From NCBI GenBank assembly GCA_026985735.1, contig JALSPW010000069.1:1-51903 (forward strand): 51,903 bases of DNA, given 5' to 3'. A program made the position numbers and the translations under genes. The notes under the pieces were generated by a model. That model had not been told where the DNA came from and did not search any database. It saw only the letters and a list, made by a program, of their open reading frames with translations. This stretch comes from Saprospiraceae bacterium. GTDB lineage: Bacteria; Bacteroidota; Bacteroidia; Chitinophagales; Saprospiraceae. Each line of letters opens with the position of its first letter. Position 1 is the first letter of the stretch. Shown here in pieces: positions 47,016 to 51,903 of this stretch.

Positions 47016-47100
47016 GCACAACCACAGATTATTCATAGATAGAGTAACTACCGGCATATATAGCCCTTATGATTTTTTATTTCAAATAAAATAATTAATG

Positions 47101-47108
47101 TACATTTG
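47101..47108 (+). promoter_or_regulatory. -7 promoter box TACATTTG
   Basis: Ends 25 nt before the ATG at 47134, within AATTAATGTACATTTGT. Confidence 0.5.
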
Positions 47109-47133
47109 TGTTTTATTACTAAATTCATAACTA

Positions 47134-48627
47134 ATGGGCATAATTGCACGCCAGGGTATCAAAAGAAGTATAATCAGCTATATCGGAGTTTTTATTGGCA
47201 TGATAAGTACTTTATTCATTTATCCATTGGCACGGGATGCGTATGGTTATGTTCAGTTTCTTATTAGTACATCCACTATTTTGGCTCTCTTTTTAAGTTT
47301 TGGAAGTACCGGTTTAATAGTAAGATATTATCCTGAATTCAAAAAAGATAAAGGATATGCAGGTATTATAATTTCTTTTATTATCGCAACAATTATTGTA
47401 GTTTTAGGCATCTTATATGCACTAAAAAGTTCCATATACAATTTTCTGAAAACAAAAGATTTTGATTTGGTTCTTTTAAATCAAAACCTGACCATTATTT
47501 TTTCTTTAGCAATCCTTCTCATTTTTATTCAAGCATTTATATATCAAGCGGCTAATTACAAGAGGATTGTGATACCATCTATTATACATGAATTGGCATA
47601 CAAATTTTTATTACCTATTCTTGTTTTACTGTATTATTTTAATATTATTTCCATTCAAAATATCGCATATATCATTGTAATGTTTTATGTTTTTTCATTT
47701 ATTTTAAATGCTATATATGTTTATACACTTGATGGTATGAGTATTAAAAACAAAGGGTTTTGGACGCTTCCACCTAAAAAGATTAAGGAGATGATACAAT
47801 ATATGGGGTTTAGCGGGCTGAATGTATTGAGTGCCAATATTACCACCCGTATTGATACAATCATGATACCTTTATTACTTTCCACTACAGCAAACGGAAC
47901 TTATGCTATCTTTTTATTTATGAGCAATACAATAGCGATTCCCATGAATTCATTAAATCAGATTGCCAGTCCTGTAGTATCCGACTCCATAAAAAATTCG
48001 GATTATCAAAATATTGATAATATATACAAAAAGACATCCTTAAATTCATTTATTGCCGGGTCATTTCTCTTTATTGTTATCTGGACCATTTTGCCTGATT
48101 TATTGCAAATAATGCCAATGAACAAACAGATAACGCCATATTTATATGTATTTTTCTTCCTTGGAATAGCAAAGCTTATCGATATGCTGACAAGTGTCAA
48201 CTCATACATTATTATATATTCAAAATATTATCGATACAATCTGATATTTTTGCTATTCCTGTCCTTAATGAATCTTATTTTAAATTATTATTTAATCAAC
48301 TCTTATGGCATTACAGGAGCCGGGATTGCAACTATGATTTCTATTATTTTATACAACTTTATTAAATTGGTTTTCATAAAAAGAAAATTCAATTTATTTC
48401 CTTTCACAAATAACACACTTATTATAATTCTTATAGCGATTATAACATTTACCGTGGGAATTTATATTCCTTCTTCGAATTTTGCTATCATAAATTTGAT
48501 TTATAAACCTGTTATAATTATTATTATATATTATTTTTTGATAAAATTTTTAAAATTAGAAGCTGATATCATTGATATTGTCAACAACTTATTAGAAAAA
48601 TATCTTCATCTAAAATTTAAAAACTAA
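47134..48627 (+). CDS. Polysaccharide/oligosaccharide flippase (MOP superfamily, Wzx-like)
   Basis: About 12-14 TM helices across 497 aa with the typical Wzx-like hydrophobic profile. Assigned from topology only. Confidence 0.6.
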   Translation: MGIIARQGIKRSIISYIGVFIGMISTLFIYPLARDAYGYVQFLISTSTILALFLSFGSTGLIVRYYPEFKKDKGYAGIIISFIIATIIVVLGILYALKSSIYNFLKTKDFDLVLLNQNLTIIFSLAILLIFIQAFIYQAANYKRIVIPSIIHELAYKFLLPILVLLYYFNIISIQNIAYIIVMFYVFSFILNAIYVYTLDGMSIKNKGFWTLPPKKIKEMIQYMGFSGLNVLSANITTRIDTIMIPLLLSTTANGTYAIFLFMSNTIAIPMNSLNQIASPVVSDSIKNSDYQNIDNIYKKTSLNSFIAGSFLFIVIWTILPDLLQIMPMNKQITPYLYVFFFLGIAKLIDMLTSVNSYIIIYSKYYRYNLIFLLFLSLMNLILNYYLINSYGITGAGIATMISIILYNFIKLVFIKRKFNLFPFTNNTLIIILIAIITFTVGIYIPSSNFAIINLIYKPVIIIIIYYFLIKFLKLEADIIDIVNNLLEKYLHLKFKN

Positions 48628-48642
48628 TTAATTACTTAAAAT

Positions 48643-49143
48643 ATGATTATCGGAATAGGAGGTGTAAGCAGAGCTGGAAAAACAAGCCTTGCAAAAAAAA
48701 TAATAAACTATTTTCCCGGCAAAAAGAAAGTTATTTTGCATCAGGATGACTATATCAATGCAGGTTTTGATATTCCGCAGATTAAAAACAGAATTGATTG
48801 GGAGGTTCCTGAATCTATTGATTTTCCTAGGCTAAAGTATGATTTTAAATGGTTGAGTGAAAATGTGGATATTGTAATTCTGGAAGGAATATTTGCTTTT
48901 TTCGACGAGGAAATAAACAAGATGTACGATAAAAAAATATTTGTAGATATAGGTTATAAAGATTTTATCAATAGAAAGCTATTGGATAAAAGATGGGGGT
49001 ACGAGCCTCTTTGGTATATTTATCATATATGGGAAAATTATAAAAAGCATCGCAATGATATCATCGGAATAAAAAATATTTTCATAATTAATGATACCAA
49101 CGCCAAAGATGAAAATCAAATAAAGCGTTTTTTACTACATTAA
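48643..49143 (+). CDS. P-loop nucleoside kinase (uridine kinase / nicotinamide riboside kinase-like)
   Basis: IGIGGVSRAGKTSLA Walker A motif, HQDDY, 166 aa. Confidence 0.55.
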   Translation: MIIGIGGVSRAGKTSLAKKIINYFPGKKKVILHQDDYINAGFDIPQIKNRIDWEVPESIDFPRLKYDFKWLSENVDIVILEGIFAFFDEEINKMYDKKIFVDIGYKDFINRKLLDKRWGYEPLWYIYHIWENYKKHRNDIIGIKNIFIINDTNAKDENQIKRFLLH

Positions 49144-49400
49144 TCTACTGACAACTCATTTTTCATCCCTAATTTTTTACCTAATAATTGCCCTGTAAAA
49201 AAAGCTCCTACCAAAAAAGGATAGGTCCACCACTGAAATCCCAGATGAAATCCAAATCTCATTAGCACTATAAATGGTATTGGCAGATGTACAAACAAAA
49301 ACCAAAGAAACGAAAACTTTTTGACATTAGAACGCCAATATCCAAAAGGCAAATTAAGCAAAAAAGTAAGCAATGTAACAATCGCCAGATTCAAATACAT
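49140..49400 (-). CDS. Small hydrophobic membrane protein
   Basis: 86 aa with three predicted TM segments. I recognise no family. Confidence 0.4.
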   Translation of the reverse strand: MYLNLAIVTLLTFLLNLPFGYWRSNVKKFSFLWFLFVHLPIPFIVLMRFGFHLGFQWWTYPFLVGAFFTGQLLGKKLGMKNELSVD

Positions 49401-49454
49401 ATAGATACTTTTAAAATGTACAGATAAATTAATATAACAACACTATTAGAAACA

Positions 49455-49489
49455 CTTTGATAAAAAAGCACTTTATAGACAGCTACTAT
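49455..49489 (-). repeat. Intergenic repeat element, inverted copy
   Basis: The reverse complement reads ATAGTAGCTGTCTATAAAGTGCTTTTTTATCAAAG. It shares an exact 17-mer, CTGTCTATAAAGTGCTT, with 15229-15245. Confidence 0.55.
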
Positions 49490-49513
49490 TTTGTGTTTGG
49501 AAAAAGGATAAAA

Positions 49514-49909
49514 TTATTCGCTGATGAGAATTAATCCGGCTCTTTTCCATGCGATAATTCCATCTTTTAATTCATAAGCTTCTTTAAAGCCCATTTGATT
49601 AAATTTCTTTAAAGCATGAGTAGTTCGGTTTCCTGATCTACAATAAAAAAGAAAAGGTTTATTTTTGTATTCCATCATTTTACCATAAAATGTCTTTTTA
49701 TAAAAATCAATATTTATAGCACCCTTAATATGGCCTTCATCAAATTCTCTTGCTGTTCTAATATCAATAATAGGGTAACGCCCTGATTCAGCCATATTTT
49801 TAAATTTTTTGGCTGTAATAGCTACAACGCCTTTTGAACTTGCTGATTGTGCATTTATATTGAACATAAATCCCAAAAGCAAAGGCAATAATAAAAGTAT
49901 TTTTTTCAT
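49514..49909 (-). CDS. Secreted rhodanese-domain protein
   Basis: Signal peptide, IDIRTAREFDEGHIKGA and the active-site loop CRSGNRT. Confidence 0.8.
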   Translation of the reverse strand: MKKILLLLPLLLGFMFNINAQSASSKGVVAITAKKFKNMAESGRYPIIDIRTAREFDEGHIKGAINIDFYKKTFYGKMMEYKNKPFLFYCRSGNRTTHALKKFNQMGFKEAYELKDGIIAWKRAGLILISE

Positions 49910-50019
49910 TCTTTCAAATTTAAAATAATAATTATCTAAATAATACTAACAATAAAACAAAAAATAAAGTTTTATAATTTCAAAATTATAACAATTTACC
50001 AAACTTTAACAATTTTTCT

Positions 50020-51126
50020 TTAATAAATTGCATCCGGTAGATAAAAAACCGGTTTTACATTTGTCATCAACGCATCTTTGTGAATCATAATAGATATTGT
50101 TTTCATTAAAAAATAATATTCCGACATATAAAAATAACCTTCATATTGTCCGGCATCTCCCCATGAATTTTTCACAATATAATAGTTTTTGCCCGATTCA
50201 TCTTTTGCTTTTCCAATAATATGCATTAAATGATCATCTGTTGTTTTTATTTTTTCAAATTGAGATTGACGTATTTGTGATATTTTATCATAATCAAACG
50301 GTACTGTATCAAAAATATCATTATAATCACCGATTAGATCAATTTCTCCCGATTGTCTACCAAATCCCGGTTCACTTACATCACCATCCCAACTAACGGA
50401 ATATCCATTTTCCAAAGCGTAATCGGTTTGATTTTTTAGCTCTTTTAAATTGATATTATAATACATTCCTGAAGAATAATTATCAGGTATTTCAAGAACA
50501 AAATATTTTTTGAACGGATGATGAGTAAAAGATGTTAATTCTATATAATTTTTAGGATCCAAGCCAAGATATGCGGCAAATTTTTTGGGTGTAAAACCTT
50601 TACCTTCAAAAATGAAATTTTCCGGTTTATCCCCCAGATATACATCCAAAACAGCTTTAAACCCAGCCGTCCAATAATCTGTATGCAGTTTGGAACTCAC
50701 CGCTGCCTTAACATAAGCTGTCAATATTGTTGCCAGTTCGCTGTGATTAAGGATTTTCTCACCCCTAGGGTTTCCCGGATAAACTTCCTGAGGGACAACC
50801 CCGTTATTTGCCATAGCTCTAATAAAATCATGTGACAAACCACCTTCACTAAAATTAGTTTTCCCTTGACGTAAAAAATAGTTTTTTGCTTTGTCTTCAT
50901 AAATATTTCTCACCTCATACATTTCTGATAAATCAACGGACTTATGCTTAATACGTAAGATTTCAGATTCCAGAAAAGAGGCGGTTGCAAAAGACCAACA
51001 AGTACCGGTACGTTGCTGATTTTTAACTCGGGTATTGTCGATATTAATATATTCAGTAAATATTTTTTGGCTGTAAAGTCGTCCGGCACTAACAATAATA
51101 AATAAAACTAAAAGTGTGTTTTTCAT
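50020..51126 (-). CDS. C1-family cysteine peptidase (aminopeptidase C / bleomycin hydrolase-like), secreted
   Basis: Signal peptide, QQRTGTCWSFA (catalytic Cys), DHLMHIIG (His) and VKNSWG. Confidence 0.8.
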   Translation of the reverse strand: MKNTLLVLFIIVSAGRLYSQKIFTEYINIDNTRVKNQQRTGTCWSFATASFLESEILRIKHKSVDLSEMYEVRNIYEDKAKNYFLRQGKTNFSEGGLSHDFIRAMANNGVVPQEVYPGNPRGEKILNHSELATILTAYVKAAVSSKLHTDYWTAGFKAVLDVYLGDKPENFIFEGKGFTPKKFAAYLGLDPKNYIELTSFTHHPFKKYFVLEIPDNYSSGMYYNINLKELKNQTDYALENGYSVSWDGDVSEPGFGRQSGEIDLIGDYNDIFDTVPFDYDKISQIRQSQFEKIKTTDDHLMHIIGKAKDESGKNYYIVKNSWGDAGQYEGYFYMSEYYFLMKTISIMIHKDALMTNVKPVFYLPDAIY

Positions 51127-51130
51127 ATTT

Positions 51131-51898
51131 TTAAGATTTTAATTTGCTTCTTTTTATTTCACTAATGACAATGGCACTAGCAATAGATGCATTCAATGAT
51201 TCCGTATTTTTATTAAATCTCGGAATAGTAATATTTTTATTTAGTTTAGAAATGATTTTCTCTGAAATACCATTGCTTTCATTTCCTATAACGACAACAA
51301 TAGGAAAATCATATTTTATTTCATAAATACTTTCTCCGGACATCATCATTCCATAAAATTTAAAATTTTTATTTTCTGTAAATTTTAATAGCTTTTGAAA
51401 ATCCATTTTCACTATCGGTAATCTAAATATACTTCCCATACTCGATTGCAATACCTTGGGGTTGTATATATCCACTGAATTATCAGATACAACAATAAGA
51501 TCTACATCAAACCAATCTGCTGTTCGGATAATAGTTCCCATATTACCGGGATCTCTTATATCATCGAGATAAAGGATAAAGTCACTATTTTTAATTTTAT
51601 TTAAATTCTCATATTCCATTTCAACCAGAACCAAGCCTTGATTCGGTGTTTTCAGATTGCTGATTTTTTTTAGCTCTTTTGACGACAATATTTCAATTTT
51701 TTGTTCGATTTGAGAAAGGTTATTTAGATATTTATCTTTAAATTCCGGAAGGCAATAAAGTTTAACTAATCTATCCGGTGCAAAAAAAATTGTTTCCAAT
51801 ATCATTTTTTCACCTTCGATAGCAAAAATATTGTACTTTTGTCTATACTTTTTTTGTGAAAGCGAACGTATATATTTAATATCTTTATTTGTCAACAT
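51131..51898 (-). CDS. TrmH/SpoU family RNA 2'-O-methyltransferase
   Basis: N-terminal substrate-binding domain plus SpoU motifs DDIRDPGNMGTIIRT, VVIGNESNGIS and LNASIASAIV. Confidence 0.8.
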   Translation of the reverse strand: MLTNKDIKYIRSLSQKKYRQKYNIFAIEGEKMILETIFFAPDRLVKLYCLPEFKDKYLNNLSQIEQKIEILSSKELKKISNLKTPNQGLVLVEMEYENLNKIKNSDFILYLDDIRDPGNMGTIIRTADWFDVDLIVVSDNSVDIYNPKVLQSSMGSIFRLPIVKMDFQKLLKFTENKNFKFYGMMMSGESIYEIKYDFPIVVVIGNESNGISEKIISKLNKNITIPRFNKNTESLNASIASAIVISEIKRSKLKS

Positions 51899-51903
51899 AA
51901 ATA

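Overview
This is an AT-rich, tightly packed chromosomal segment that looks like Bacteroidota. The signs are TAnnTTTG-type -7 promoter boxes, type IX secretion (T9SS) C-terminal sorting domains, a PorX-type regulator, a short RpoD starting MRQLKI, and DUF4492-cydAB. I see no rRNA, tRNA, CRISPR array or prophage.

Gene content, in order:
- 3' part of an M16 peptidase.
- A PorZ-like double-propeller T9SS protein.
- A minus-strand polysaccharide export operon (wza, wzc, a small HAD-fold gene, a wzi-like gene).
- A repeat-rich OmpA protein and an HD phosphohydrolase, the latter divergent from porX.
- rpoD.
- One intact IS4-family insertion with a 6-bp target duplication.
- A 1777-aa T9SS adhesin with about 9 SdrD/Cna-B-like repeats.
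- gyrA plus a TPR protein.
- A LemA-TPM-TPM operon.
- A His-rich metal-transporter-like protein, a LOG-family protein, a TonB-like protein and an FG-GAP/VCBS T9SS cargo protein.
- A murein-peptide module (small outer-membrane barrel, LD-carboxypeptidase, dipeptide epimerase, PLP enzyme).
- DoxX, a HAD hydrolase, coaE and a GT2 glycosyltransferase.
- DUF4492-cydA-cydB plus an untracked 33-codon ORF.
- A Wzx-like flippase, a small nucleoside kinase, a rhodanese, a C1 peptidase and a TrmH methyltransferase.

I cannot point to a clear new multi-gene system. The least explained signal is a dispersed, AT-rich intergenic repeat family:
- Its core is roughly ATAGTGnCnGTCnATAAAGTGCTTGA...AAAGATTTTTGATAA.
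- It occupies the longest intergenic gaps.
- Two diverged copies of about 230-300 bp directly bracket rpoD.

Other leads, all inference-level:
- The wza-wzc operon has no recognisable Wzb/CpsB phosphatase but does have an embedded HAD-fold gene.
- The HD phosphohydrolase and porX form a divergent pair.
- The micro-ORF after cydB could be a small oxidase subunit.

All family assignments rest on motif recognition by eye. No database search was run.
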